This document shows positions 1 to 13,024 of a stretch of 64,000 nucleotides of DNA, one piece after another (positions within the stretch are counted from its first letter, which is position 1; every line of letters starts with the position of its first letter). The DNA comes from Heteronotia binoei. Lineage: Eukaryota. Location: positions 83,824,001 through 83,888,000 of the forward strand of contig NC_083228.1 in assembly GCF_032191835.1 (NCBI RefSeq), in the 5' to 3' direction. The translations under genes and the position numbers were made by a program. The notes below the pieces were generated by a model. That model was not told the DNA's origin. It made no database searches and saw nothing but the letters and a program-made list of their open reading frames with translations.

Positions 1-140
1 TAAATTCCAAAGGTTTTAGAGTATGTAAAAGGAGCAACTTCAGTTATGTAAATCCAGCAGCCATCCCAGATTCAGTCCCAAGAAAACCACTGTGTGAGGC
101 CCCTCTCATCCCAAAGCAAAAATGAAGATAAATCAAGTAC

Positions 141-260
141 CTTGTTTTTTTCAGCTTCCATCCCAAAGTCTGCACATCTGTGTTCCACAAACATGTCATA
201 CTCTACAAAACTGTCAGGATCCAATAAAAGTAGAATGCGTTCCCTAGCGGTCAGCTTTCC
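141..260 (-). CDS. PCCB: Propionyl-CoA carboxylase beta chain, exon 2
   Basis: Minus strand translates to [40 protein letters not shown] (120 nt, phase 0), flanked by ccag acceptor and gtac donor; matches the carboxyltransferase N-terminus of PCCB. Confidence 0.96.
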
Positions 261-3200
261 CTGGAAAACAGTAAAGACATAGTTTTAATAATTACAGTAA
301 GCCAGTGACAAAGTAAATGACTAAGCATCATTAAAAACTCAAACAGAGTTTCCCAATTTAAGATTTTATTCACACCTACAAATTTGCCCCCATCAAGCAC
401 TGTAAAACTCCATTTCACCATGATAATACTTAACAAGAAAATATTGCTTGCTTTTCCCTTGCAATTTTTTTCTCTTCTGTGCTAATCAAACAACCAAATA
501 CCCATTCTCCTTAATATCTTCCCAGAGAGATAATATAGATGTGGGGTATAATGGTATGACTGCTGGTCTAGAATCCGAGAGACCCAGGTTCTACTCCCTT
601 CTCTGGCATCGAGGACCTTGGGCCAGTCATTCTCTCTCAGACTAATGTCACAGGGTTGTTATGAGAATAAAATGGAAGAGAGGAAAACAATGTTGGAAAG
701 CACTTGGAAGAAGATGAGTCTTTTATATCACACTTTCTCTACCTTAAGGTGTCTCAAAGTGTTTTACGATCCCATTCTTGTCCCCTCCCCACAACAGGCA
801 CATTGTGAGGTAGAGAACTGTGGCTGGCCCAAGTCACCCAGCTGGCTTAATGTGAAGGAATGGAGAATCAAACCCAGTTCCTCAGATTAGAGTCCACATC
901 TCTTGTCTTAACTACTACAACCACACATACTCCCCCATGTTTGGGTCCCCCATTGGAGGGGAAAGTGGGGTATAAATATCTAAACAAAGAAATAAAATAT
1001 ATGTAGAGAAGAAAGGATATGAACCGCAAACAAGTCTAGCAGAGGAGGGAGTAAACACAGAAAGAATTCTTTCAATCACAGCATTAACATATGGAACTGC
1101 AATGGCACTGCACTAAAACTATAAAGAAACAGATTGGAGGTTTCTGAGGAACTGCAGGGGTGGAGAGAAGAACGAATTTGGAAATTCCATCCCACTCTTC
1201 AGAATCTTCCCCCATCCTATGGATTCTATAAACTCCGTTTGAGGTGGCTGATTTTTGCTATCCTTCTTTAACTGATGCTCAGCTACTCTCCACATTCCAT
1301 GTCTTCTGAACATATTTACTCCTTTACATCCAGCTGCTTTTTTAGGGTTTCCCCCTCCCTTCAAGTTAATTTACATCATAGTTCTTGTATACCAAAGGAG
1401 TTCCACCAATATGAAGATACACTATAGGGATGCCAGCTACCAGGTGGCATCTCCAGGAATTACAGCTCATCTCCAGACTACAGAGATCAGGTCCCCTGGA
1501 GAAAATGAATGTACTGGAGGGTGGACTTTATGGCAGTGTACTCCACTGAATCCCTGTCTGCCTCAGGCTCCATTCCAAACCTCCAGGAGTTTCCCAACCT
1601 GGATCTGGTAGCCCTCCCGCACCATTTCCCACTGGCAATCCTATATATTAGGGCCAAACTAGACAGGGACACCATTTCCATACTAAAGCCTAAAATGAGC
1701 AATTTAAAAATGCCACAAGGGCCTAATGGGGGGAGGGAAGGTGCAGTCATTTCAGCACTTTAAATATGTTGTGGGGGGACAAGACAAGGTCCAATCAGGA
1801 TCAGGCCTTCATGGCATTTTTAAATTGCCCATTTTAGACTTTAAAATAATAGTGGCACTGCCATGGTGGAGATGAAGATATCATCATTTTGCCCTTATCT
1901 GTGGGTAGTCCTCCTGTTGGTCATCCATCTGTTTTCCAACAGTCATAATGAACTTAACTAATAGGACAAAAATAATATCCAGTCATGTTTTTAACATTTT
2001 GACGACAGCTAGCCTATTCACAGTAGAGATCTTATGAATGTGCTTCTCTAAGATAGCTAGTGCAACTGAAATAAAACCCCAGCATTAGAAGGTAATCTGC
2101 ACGAGAAGAGATTTTAAAAATTACAGTCCAAAGGACTTTATCCTTCGTATGAGCATCTCATATAAATTCTTTGCACTTAACTTTTTAATTGCTGAATAGT
2201 CACAGTGGTTCTCTCCACACACCCTAGACTTATAGCACTACAAAAACAATCAATTTAAAATATTCATTTCCCTTTACCAAATTATCCAAGTACTGAAAAC
2301 ATGTTATGTATAGCTTAGCTCTGCAGGGATTGCAGCTCTTCTTGAGAAAACAAAAATTTACTCAAAGAAAGCAAAAATCCTTATATCGATAGCAAAGATG
2401 TAGTCAAATAACCAATGAACAAACTTTCCACAGCTAGTTAATGAACCTTGGCCCTATAGATGTGGTCAGTTACAATCCAGAAAACTACCATATGTTATTC
2501 AGTAAGTCTGAACTGCACAAGCAGGGCCAAATCAAGACTCTAAAAACTGTCCTGCCTTGTCAGACTATGGTCCATTTAACAGTACAACCTAGTGTCTCAT
2601 GTTCACATCTAGGACATGATAGTGCCAGCCAAACAAGGAAGAACCATGGCTCAGTGGTTCTGCTCTTCATGCAAAAATTCCCAAATTCAGTCTTCAGTGT
2701 CTCCAGTTTAAAGGTTCTAGTAGCAGGTGATGTGAAAGCCCTGGACAGCTGCTGTCAGTAAAGAACAAACAATGGGGAAGGTATTTGTGAATTTCCTGCA
2801 CTGTGCACGGGGGTGGACTAGATGACTCTGGAGGTACCTTCCAGCTCTATGATTCTTGACTCTTGATTCTAATGCTGACCTTGACAGGCCAACAGTTTGA
2901 TGTGTGGTCAACCACTGTTTATTCTTAGAACTCAGAGGTAGTCTGCTCATGAATACAAAGGTTCCATTTATCTTCTGTGGCTAATAACCACTGATACACT
3001 CATCCTCCATGTCTTTGCTTCTTTGTTAAGCCATCACAATATACTTTAACAAAAAAAGTTTAGTTTATTTGGGTAAAAATACTTATTTTTGGCAAGTTCT
3101 TTTTTTTTTTTTGTCTTCCCATTCAATATTACATCTCTTAGGGTCCAAGAAGAGCTGCCAACAAGGTAATATAATGTGGGAACAGTTAGAAAAGTCTTGA

Positions 3201-3439
3201 GGGCTTTGCCAGACAAATTCTTCAGATTTATATTTGATCATTTTCACACCAGTTAGGTGACTTTTATTGTTACTTTTCTGAAAGCAGTAAAAAACCTAAA
3301 CCTCTATAGAGACTGAACCAATGCAATGACCGCACCAATGTCATTTAAAACTAATAATTTTAAAAGTGGACACAGTATTCCTTCTCGTCACTGCTTGCCA
3401 GAGAAAATTCCCAATGGGAAATTTCCCAGTGGGAACTAT

Positions 3440-4330
3440 GCAGGTTCTCATGCTGCCGCCTCTCGTTAACCAAGGCGAAACTTCTGTAGAATACTACAGA
3501 AGGCCAAGTTTTAAAATTCAGACTAGGAAGAAGGCTAGCCACGAGTCTGCCAAGGGAACACCTCTCAAAGTATTCCAGGGTACTTCACGCACGGTGTACG
3601 CCAAAGAACCGAACCTCTTTCCTGCGATCGTCTCCCAGAGGGCTGCACGGAATTGCCAGTGAACAGCCAAGACCCACGCAAAGAACTGTCTCGCCACCTG
3701 TGAGCAGAGGAAGGGAGGGAGGACAGTGCAAGAAACCCGAGAGAGACGTGCCAGCTCACCCGCCGGTGCTGTGCATCTATACGGGCCTGGCCGCCCCCAA
3801 GCAGCGCTGCCCGACGCTTCTCCTCGATGCGCTCGGGCACAGTGAGAGCTCGGCGAGGGGAGCTGTGGCTGCTGATGGGACAAGAAAGCCTCGGCGTGAC
3901 CCTGGAAAGCCCAAAAGGCAAAATCCGTAAAGCGGCCATTACTGGACTGCGAGGACGCATGCGCAAACGGAGAAAGGCGGTCTGCCTGTTCGGTGCAGCC
4001 CAGTTTTCTAGCTAGACAGGTTAACCCGGCGCCTGGTTGCTGGTATGGTGCTGTTTCTCTGCCGCAAAACAGCTATGCTATTTCTCTCTCGTAGTCTGCA
4101 CCTCGTGAGTCTAATGTTTCCATCCGCTTCAGATTCAAACCCAGAGGATTCTTGCAAGTCAAGAGTTTGTATGAAATGGTCACTGTTTCCTGTGCGCGAT
4201 CCAGAGACGACCTGTATCACGGCTGCCCTTCTGATGCAGGGACATAACTCTGGACATTCTCTCTGCGAATCGATGATGCACAATGTCTCCAGAGAGCAAC
4301 ATCCATTTCCGACTCTGAGGTGACGTTGCT
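3440..4330. promoter_or_regulatory. CpG island, probable bidirectional promoter of PCCB and SLC35G2
   Basis: Dense CpG relative to flanks; NRF1-like ACGCATGCGCA at 3955-3965; possible plus-strand donor (c|gtgagt, GT at 4105) for a non-coding first exon of SLC35G2. Confidence 0.7.
3760..3939 (-). CDS. PCCB: Propionyl-CoA carboxylase beta chain, exon 1 (mitochondrial transit peptide plus ERIEEKRRAALLGGGQARIDAQHRR)
   Basis: ATG at 3939, 60 codons, gtgagc donor; Arg/Ser-rich acid-free presequence followed by the conserved PCCB motif; joins exon 2 in frame. Confidence 0.95.
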
Positions 4331-4570
4331 TTCACAACGTTTTCACGGCAGACTTTTTACGGGGTGGTTTGCCATTGCCTTCCCCAGTCATCTACACTCC
4401 CCCCCCCCCCCAGCAAGCTGGGTACTCATTTCACCGACCTCGGAAGGATGGAAGGCTGAGTCAACCTGAGCCGGCTACCTGAACCCAGCTTCCGCTGGGA
4501 TCGAACTCAGGTGATGAGCAGAGAGTTCAAACTGCAGTACTGCAGCTTTACCACCCTGCGCCACAGGGCT
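4304..4570 (-). mobile_element. Sauria-type SINE
   Basis: Reverse complement of the copy at 54615-54919 (tRNA-like head, ggttgactcagccttccatccttccgaggtcgg core). Confidence 0.8.
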
Positions 4571-4689
4571 TTGTTTGTGTATAGTACCGTAATTAGTGTG
4601 CTGACTGCAGATGCACAGTTGTCATGAATGTGATTGGATATTGGGCAGCAAGAAGCGATGGTTTGCCTGCGTGACTATATACATGTTCT

Positions 4690-5069
4690 CAGGGCTTTTT
4701 TTGTAGAAAAAGCCCAGTAGAAGAAGAAGAAGAAGATATTGGATTTATATCCCGCCCTCCACTCCGAAGAGTCTCAGAGCGGCTCACAATCTCATTTATC
4801 TTCCTCCCCCACAACAGACACCCTGTGAGGTGGGTGGGGCTGGAGAGGGCTCTCACAGCAGCTGCCCTTTCAAGGGCAACCTCTGCCAGAGCTATGGCTG
4901 ACCCAAGGCCATTTCAGCAGGTGCAAGTGGAAGAGTGGGGAATCAAACCCGGTTCTCCCAGATATGAGTCCGCACACTTAACCACTACACCAAACTGGCT
5001 CTCATTTGTAGGAACTCATTTGCATATTAGGCCACACCCCTTTGCATCAAGACCGCTAGAACTGCGTTC
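4690..5069. mobile_element. hAT-like MITE (CAGGGCTTTTTT TIR family) interrupted by a minus-strand tRNA-derived SINE (about 4719-5002); right end lies in the N gap
   Basis: cagggctttttttgtagaaaaagcccag start, resuming after the SINE with gaactcatttgcatattaggccacacccc as in the copies at 45405 and 59645. Confidence 0.7.
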
Positions 5070-5215
5070 NNNNNNNNNNNNNNNNNNNNNNNNNNNNNNN
5101 NNNNNNNNNNNNNNNNNNNNNNNNNNNNNNNNNNNNNNNNNNNNNNNNNNNNNNNNNNNNNNNNNNNNNNNNNNNNNNNNNNNNNNNNNNNNNNNNNNNN
5201 NNNNNNNNNNNNNNN
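5070..5215. other. Assembly gap
   Basis: Run of N. Confidence 1.
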
Positions 5216-5733
5216 GGAACTATGTGAGACTTTTCTGTAGCACAGCATATCATTTAAATAGGCTACTCCTTATGCAAAGCTGCTATGTATGTTCAGCTAG
5301 CATGCCAGCACTGTGCACAACGTCCATTATTGTTACAGGATCTTTTTAACACTCCTCCACTTCCTATTTCAAACTTGAACTTTTCTGCTTACTTTGTTAA
5401 CTCTGATGCTGATAACATCATGCCTGTGATGTTCCCTTATGGTTGCACATCAGGAAAAGGGTACTCTAACTTCTGTCAGGAGCACACAACAGTGATGGGT
5501 GTGCTCAAAACAACATCAGTTTATTAGCAAGAAGATACCAGGGATGGAATCACCTGTTTTCAAGAAAAAGGAGCTCATGCCATCTACAGTTCTAACAAAC
5601 AGAACTAACAAGCAGGAAGACAAAACACACAAATATCAGAGAGGAAAACAGTCTGTTCCATTGTAATGCATACAGTAAATACACCCCAATGCCAATCTGT
5701 TCTTTGTATTAGCTGCCATTTTCTTCATATACC

Positions 5734-5890
5734 CAGGGCTTTTTTTGAGCAGGAACACACAGGAACGCAGTTCTGGCTGGCTTGGTGTCAGGGGGTGTGG
5801 CCTAATATGTCAATTAGTTCCTGTTTGAAACAATAGTGACATCAGGGGTTGGGGCCTAATATGCAAAAAAAATCTGCAAAAAAAGCTCTG
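5734..5890. mobile_element. hAT-like MITE (CAGGGCTTTTTT TIR family)
   Basis: TIRs cagggctttttt / aaaaaagctctg with a perfect 8-bp TSD catatacc. Confidence 0.85.
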
Positions 5891-6714
5891 CATATACCAC
5901 TTATTTTGTATTAGAAAAGTAAAGCACTATGCACTCTCATGCCTCAGGCTTCAAATCGCCATAGATTTTGCATACTTTCCTTACTGTTATCTGAGCCTGT
6001 ACCTTTGAATTAGAATGCTGAGATTCTTCCTTCCAAGTTGACACCTCTCTCTCTCACACACACATACCCCCACACCCCATCTCCATCTTTAAACAATGGA
6101 TGCAGGGTACACTCCCTTGCATCCACTCTCATCTTCTTAGCTAGATGAGGTCCTATCTCTATCTCTTATCATGCTTTCCAGAATGGAGTTCCATATAATA
6201 AATAACTCTTACTAATTTTGAATCTGACTACTGGCTCTGTATAACTCTGTAAGACTGCTAGCACTCAGTAACAAAGCATTGCTGCACAAAAATGCCTTTG
6301 CTGGGTTGTGCACTCTGCTGGATTGATAGTGATTTCTGGCTGTACTAAAACCAGATAATCCAACATTTTAACCATCATAAATGCCTTCATGTCCATTAAC
6401 CTTATTTATCTTTTCTTCATGCCTCTCATTCTTCCTCCCACTCTCTTAATTTTCTTGGCAATTTTATTCTTATTGAAGAAACTGAAAATATGTAATGTTT
6501 GCTTGTAGACAGTATTATCTACAAGAAAATATTACATATTTTCAGTACTTTAGCTATCTCTTGTTCCCTTGCCATATCCTTTGTAATATTTTCCAATGAG
6601 TATTTTAATAGTCATTTCCTGATTATTAATATGTCCTCCCTCCAGACCTCTGTCTTTGACTTTAAATGTTTACTGAAAACTTATCTTTTTGTTCTCCCTG
6701 TCTCATAATGCTAG

Positions 6715-7075
6715 AACCCGAGTTCATCCACTGAAGCTGAAAGGTGTAGGGGATTCAGGAGAGACAAAAGGAATTACTTCTTAAACCAGAACATAGTTAC
6801 ATTGTGGAACTTGCCGCCATAGAATGTAGTGATGGCCACCAACTGGAAGACCTTAGAAGGGGAGCAGACAAATTAATAGAGGATTGGGTTATCACTGGCT
6901 ACTTGTCATGATGGATATCTGCTCCCTTCAGTACCACAGGCATGACTCTATATCAGTTGCTATGGAGCACAGGCTGCTGTTAGAGTTAGAGGCAGCTTGT
7001 TGGCCACTGTGTGAACAGAGTGCTGGACTTGGTGGGCCTTTGGTCTGATACAACATGGTTCATCTTATGTTCTCA
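6715..7075 (+). mobile_element. CR1 LINE 3-prime fragment
   Basis: CR1-type 3-prime UTR ending in catcttatgttct; similar to 25190-25555. Confidence 0.65.
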
Positions 7076-9464
7076 CATTCTGATTGCTGCTCTACCATCA
7101 TTTCCTCTCCCCTTTCTTTATATTCTTTATATTCCCAGACAGAGTCTGGTTTTTTTTAATCCTTGTGGAATGGTTAGCCACTAAGTGCCTTAAAACATAA
7201 TTTTTAAATGCTAATAAAAAAGGTCTTGGTAAACAATCTTGTTCCATTATGATCCAGACTATCCAGTCAATGCCCACTGTCACTGGTATTAATATAAGAG
7301 AACAACATACTTGTTTCTAACTGTTCGTTCTTCTTTAACCAGTGTGCTTAGGATGTCCCCTGTAGTTCTAAAGAATGACGTGATTATAAGTTATTATTGG
7401 AGGTAATTATAAGTTATTATTTTGTCATTTTAAAATATGCCAGATTTAAAGTAATTATTTCCGCCTTCTTTCTAACAGGATGATGCATGTACACCCCAAA
7501 AACCACAGTTCAATCAAATTTCCTGGGCCAATTATTATTATATTGTTCACAATAGACAAGGCAAACAAAAGAATTCCTCTGTGCTAAGGAGAGGCTAAGA
7601 AGGGTTAGCAAGGAGTTTGAAAAGTCCCTTTAACAATAGAGAAATAATTATGGTCTAATCTTCCATCAAAGTCTACCACTGACTTTTAGTCTAAAATGTA
7701 ATGGCAGTCCTTTGATGCAAAACTAGATCATTTCCATTTTCTTAATCCTTCGGCTCTACAAGGAAAACCCTAAGAAAATAATCAATTGATAGCTCTTGCA
7801 TATTTTTATTGTATCTGAGCACTAGCCCATTAGGATGGTATGTGCACTTCAACAGGGAAGGTTCAGAGTAGGATTTGTTTGGTGCAAATGTAGACCAGAA
7901 GAACAGCAAATATTACAGATGGAAGTAGTCCCTGGATTATTTAAAACTGCCTATTACCTGCCTTTCTTCCTTAAAGAGCTCAAGGAGGAGGAGGAGATTG
8001 GATTTATACCCTTCCTGGTGATTTGGGGGAGGAGCATGGGGAGGGAGGGGTTTGGGACATCATCAGGGTGTAATCCCATAGAGTGCACCCTCCAGAGCAG
8101 CCATTTTCTCCAGGTGAACCGTCACACAGCAGGAGACCAGGAAGGGCCTTCTACTGGCTGCCATCACTTTGGTAAGGTTTGTGTTGGAAGGCCCAAAGCA
8201 CCCACCCAACCCGTGTCTTCTTTCTTAACAAAACACCTTCTATCTGTGATCAAAGATATGTGACAATCCCAGCAGTATAACAATAACAAGTTTATTATAA
8301 ATGCTCAAAAACAAGTGATTTGTAAAAACATTTAGTGCAACAGTGAATACCAAAACAGTAAAGGTTGGTACAAAGAAATAAAAGCCCTGACCCAACTAGC
8401 TATACATTCCCTTCTTTTAATCCCAAACAGACTCACCACTCCCTTGGGTAAGGAAACCCACCTGCTGCAGCCTGTAGCTCAGCCTTTCCAGAAAGAAAAC
8501 AACTTCTCTCTCCAGCTAAGCCTATTTATTCTGTCTTCCCAGGTCTCACCCATATGATCTTCACTGGGCAAATTTCCCCTCCTAAATCTTTGCCACCCAA
8601 TCAGAGGGACAGAAAGAATCCAGGGGAATGTAGGCCCACTAGCAATTTGAGATTGCCAGGCCCCACCTATTTATGTATTTATTTACTTATCATATTCAAT
8701 TTATATACTGCCCATTCCCTAGGCAGGGCTCAGGGCAGGGTACAACAGGTACTAACATCACAAACAGTGAACAACAATTTGAAATAATAAATAAACAATT
8801 ACAATAAAATTCACAATAGCAATACAGTTCAAACAGATGGTGGTCAGATTCCAATTGTGCTACTGCCTTGGAGGAGAGGAGGGTAGGGTTGCCAGATCTG
8901 TCTCAGGAAATATCTGGGGACTTTGGGAGTGGAGTCAGGAGACTTTGGGGGTTGACCAGGAGCAAGGTTTTGACAAGCATAATTGAACTCTGAAGGGAGT
9001 TCTGTCCATTGCATTTGAAGGGAATGCACTCCTTTTAAATGCCTTCTCTTCATTGGAAATATTGAAGGAAGGGGGTACCTTCTTTGGGGCTGCATAGAAT
9101 TGGTCCCCCTGGTATGGTCTTTTTGAAATTTGGTGGGTGTTTTGAAGAGAGGCATCAGATACTATGCTGAAAATTTGGTGCCTCTACCTCAAAAAAACCA
9201 GCTCCCCAGATACCCGTGGATCTTTGTATAGGAAGCAAAGCCAGTAAGTGTGTGTGAGAGAGAGAGCAAGAAAGAGAGAGAGAGCAGAGTCTCTGTGCTT
9301 GTTTTGGATTCATTTTAGAGGTCTTTGTATCAGAACTTGTTTATGGGATGGAGGAAAATGCCACCTCTCTCTCTTTTCATTTGCCTGTGTTAGACTTAAG
9401 AAGTTAAGAACATAAGAGAAGCCATGTTGGATCAGGCCAATGGCCCATCTAGTCCAACACCCTG

Positions 9465-9626
9465 NNNNNNNNNNNNNNNNNNNNNNNNNNNNNNNNNNNN
9501 NNNNNNNNNNNNNNNNNNNNNNNNNNNNNNNNNNNNNNNNNNNNNNNNNNNNNNNNNNNNNNNNNNNNNNNNNNNNNNNNNNNNNNNNNNNNNNNNNNNN
9601 NNNNNNNNNNNNNNNNNNNNNNNNNN
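9465..9626. other. Assembly gap
   Basis: Run of N inside the CR1 3-prime UTR. Confidence 1.
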
Positions 9627-9762
9627 GATGGACCTCTGCTCCATATTTTTATCCAATCCCCTCTTGAAGCTGGCTATGCTTGTAGCCGCCACCACCTCCT
9701 GTGGCAATTAATTCCACATGTTAATCACCCTTTGGGTGAAGAAGTACTTCCTTTTATCCGTT

Positions 9763-12078
9763 TTAACCTGACTGCTCAGCAATTTCATTGAATGCCCATG
9801 AGTTCTTGTATTGTGAGAAAGGGAGAAAAGGACATTTCTCTGCTTTCTCCATCCCATGTATAATCTTGTAAACCTCTATCATGTCACCCCGCAGTCGACG
9901 TTTCTCCAAGCTAAAGAGCCCCAAGCATTTTAACCTTTCTTCATAGGGAAAGTGTTCCAAACCTTTAATCATTCTAGTTGCCCTTTTCTGCACTTTTTCC
10001 AATGCTATAATATCCTTTTTGAGGTGCGATGACCAGAATTGTACACAGTATTCCAAATGAGACCGCACCATCGATTTGTACAGGGGCATTATGATACTGG
10101 CTGATTTGTTTTCAATTCCCTTCCTAATAATTCCCAGCATGGCATTGGCCTTTTTTATTGCAATTGCACACTGTCTTGACATTTTCAGTGAGTTATCTAC
10201 CACGACCCCAAGTTCTCTCTCTTGGTCATTCTTTGCCAGTTCACAACCCATCAACTTGTATTTGTAGCTTGGATTCTTGGCCCCAATGTGCATTACTTTG
10301 CACTTGGCCACACTGAACCTCATCTGCCACGTTGACGCCCACTCACCCAGCCTCAACAGATCCCTTTGGAGTGCCTTACAATCCTCTCTGGTTCTCACCA
10401 CTCTGAACAATTTAGTGTCATCTGCAAACTTGGCCATTTCACTGCTTACTCCCAACTCCAAATCATTAATGAACAAGTTAAAGAGCATGGGGCCCAGTAC
10501 TGAGCCCTGCGGCACCCCACTGCTTACCGTCCTCCACTGCGAAGACTGCCCATTTATACTCACTCTCTGCTTCCTATTAATTAGCCAGTTTTTGATCCAC
10601 AAGAGAACCTGTCCTTTTACTCCATGACTCTCGAACTTACTAAGGAATCTTTGATGAGGAACTTTATCAAAAGCTTTCTGGAAGTCAAGGTAAACAGGTT
10701 AGTGAGGCAAGATCTTCCCTTATAGAACCCATGCTGAGTCTTCCTCAATAACTTGTGTTCATCAATGTGCCTACTCATTCTGTCGATAATGGTTTCTGCC
10801 AACTTTCCCGGTATTGAAGTCAGATTGATTGGCCTGTAATTTCCCGGATCTCCTCTGGAACCCTTTTTAAATATGGGGGTGACATTTGCTACCTTCCAGT
10901 CCTCAGGAACGGAGGAGGATTTCAATGAAAGATTACATATTTTTGTCAGGAGATCCACAAGTTCACCTTTGAGTTCTTTCAGAACTCTTGGATGTATGCC
11001 ATCCGGACCTGATGACTTATTAGTTTTTAATTCGTCTATCAGTTGTAGGACCTCCTCTCTCGTCACCTCAATCTGACTCAGGTCTTTCAACACCCCTTCC
11101 AAAATTAGTGGTTCTGGAGTGGGCAAACACTTCTCAACTTCCACAGTGAAGACGGAGGCAAAAAATGCATTCAGCTTCTCAGCCATTTCCCTATCCTCCT
11201 TCAATAATCCTTTTACCCCTTGGTCATCCAAAGGTTCCACTGCCTCCCTGGCTGATTTCCTGCTTCTAATATATTTGAAGAAATTTTATTGTTGGTCTTT
11301 ATGTTTTTTGCAATATGCTCCTCATAGTATCTTTTTGCCTGCCTGATCACAATCTTGCATTTGGTTTGCCACAGTCTGTGTTCCCTTTTATTAATCTCAC
11401 TTGGACTAGCTTTCCACCGCTTAAAGGAGTCCTTTTTACCTTTTGCAGCTTCCATTACTTTGTTTGTTAACCATGCAGGCCTTTTCTTATACCATGTGCC
11501 TTTCCTAACTTGAGGTATATATTTTATCTGAGCTTCTAGGATTGTAGTTTTAAATAGCCTCCAAGCTTCCCCAAGGGTTTTGACTGTATTTGTCTTTCCT
11601 TTCAGTTTCCTCTTCACATGCCTCCTCATCTCAGAGAATTTACCCCTTTTAAAGTTAAACTTGGTTGTGCTGGTCTTTTGGGGCAACTCCCTATTTATAC
11701 ATATGGTGAAATCAATAACGTTATGGTCACTGCTCCCAAGCGGTGTGATCACTTTTACATCTCTCACCAACTCTTGGGCATTACTTAGGACCAAATACAG
11801 GATCTCCCCATCCCGGTAGGTTCTATGACCACCTGCTCCATAGCACAGTCACTGAGAGCATCTAGAAACTCAATCTCTTTCTCTGGACCTGAACACATAT
11901 TGATCCAATCAATCTGTGGGTAGTTAAAATCACCTATTACAACACAGTTTTTATATTTAGCCGCTATCTTTAATCTTTCCATCATATTATAATCATCCTC
12001 TATCTTCTGATTTGGTGAGCAATAACAAACTCCCATAGTTAAATTTCCTTTGGGGCCCTCTATTTCGACCCAAAGCAT
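9763..12078 (-). pseudogene. CR1 ORF2 (APE endonuclease plus reverse transcriptase), broken into four frames
   Basis: ORFs 11785-12078, 11213-11794, 10617-11240 and 9763-10602 are collinear pieces of a CR1 pol. Confidence 0.9.
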
Positions 12079-12129
12079 TTCTAGAAGGGAATCTAATTCT
12101 TTGACCTCATCTCCTGTTGGCTTTCCCCC

Positions 12130-13024
12130 AAGATTTAGTTTAAAAACTGCTCTGCCACCTTTTTGATTTTAAGCGCCAGCAGCTTGGTTCCATTTCGGGA
12201 CAAGTGGAGAGCGTCTCTTTTGTACAGCTCCCGCTTGTTCCAGAAAGCATCCCAGTGCTTAACAAACTTAAACCCTTCCTCCCTACACCATCGTCTCATT
12301 CACACATTGAGATTTCTAATTTGTGCCTGTCTCTCCAGCCCTGCATGTGGAACAGGAAGCACTTCTGAGAAGGCTACCTTGGAGGTCCTGGCCTTAAGTC
12401 TCCTGCCTAGCAGCCTAAATTTTTCCTCCAGGACCTCACGACTGCATTTCCCCACATCAGTGCCAACATGCACCACGACCACTGGCTCCTCCCCAGCACT
12501 GCTATCAGCCTATCTACAACACATGTAATGTCCGCTACCTTCGCACCAGGCAAGCAAGTCACCATACAATCAGTACACGGTTTTGCCACCCAGCTGTCTA
12601 CTTGTCTAAGGATTGAATCCTCCCCCCTCTCCCTGCCCAGGGATGGTTCCTTGGCGCGAAAGGATACCCGCTCACCAACTGAAGAAGAGGTCCCTTCTGA
12701 GGGCGCATTCCCCTTATCCTCAGCACGGTGCCCTGTTCCCTCTCGACCCTCATGCTCCCTGGCAGCAACAGGGCTGCCACGTTCAGAGTGGGGCTCATCT
12801 AATACATCCCCGAGAGTCTTCTCCAAGTGCCTAACTGACTGTCTCTGCTTCTCTAGGTCAGTCACCTCGGCCTCAAGGGTACGAATTCGTTCCCTGAGTA
12901 CCAGGAGCTCCTTGCATCGAGCACACACCCAAGACTTCTGTCCAGTGGGCAGATAGTCATACATGTGACACTCAGTGCAAAACATTGGAAAGCCCCCACC
13001 CCCCTGCTGGCATTCTACCTTCAT
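12130..13024 (-). pseudogene. CR1 ORF1 (zinc finger/coiled coil/SGNH esterase-like), frameshifted
   Basis: ORFs 12407-13024 and 12300-12482 give consecutive pieces of a CR1 ORF1. Confidence 0.8.

Noticed and set aside
4825-5349. Long ORFs crossing the N gaps (also 9424-9711)
   Set aside because: Artefacts of N runs and SINE/CR1 sequence
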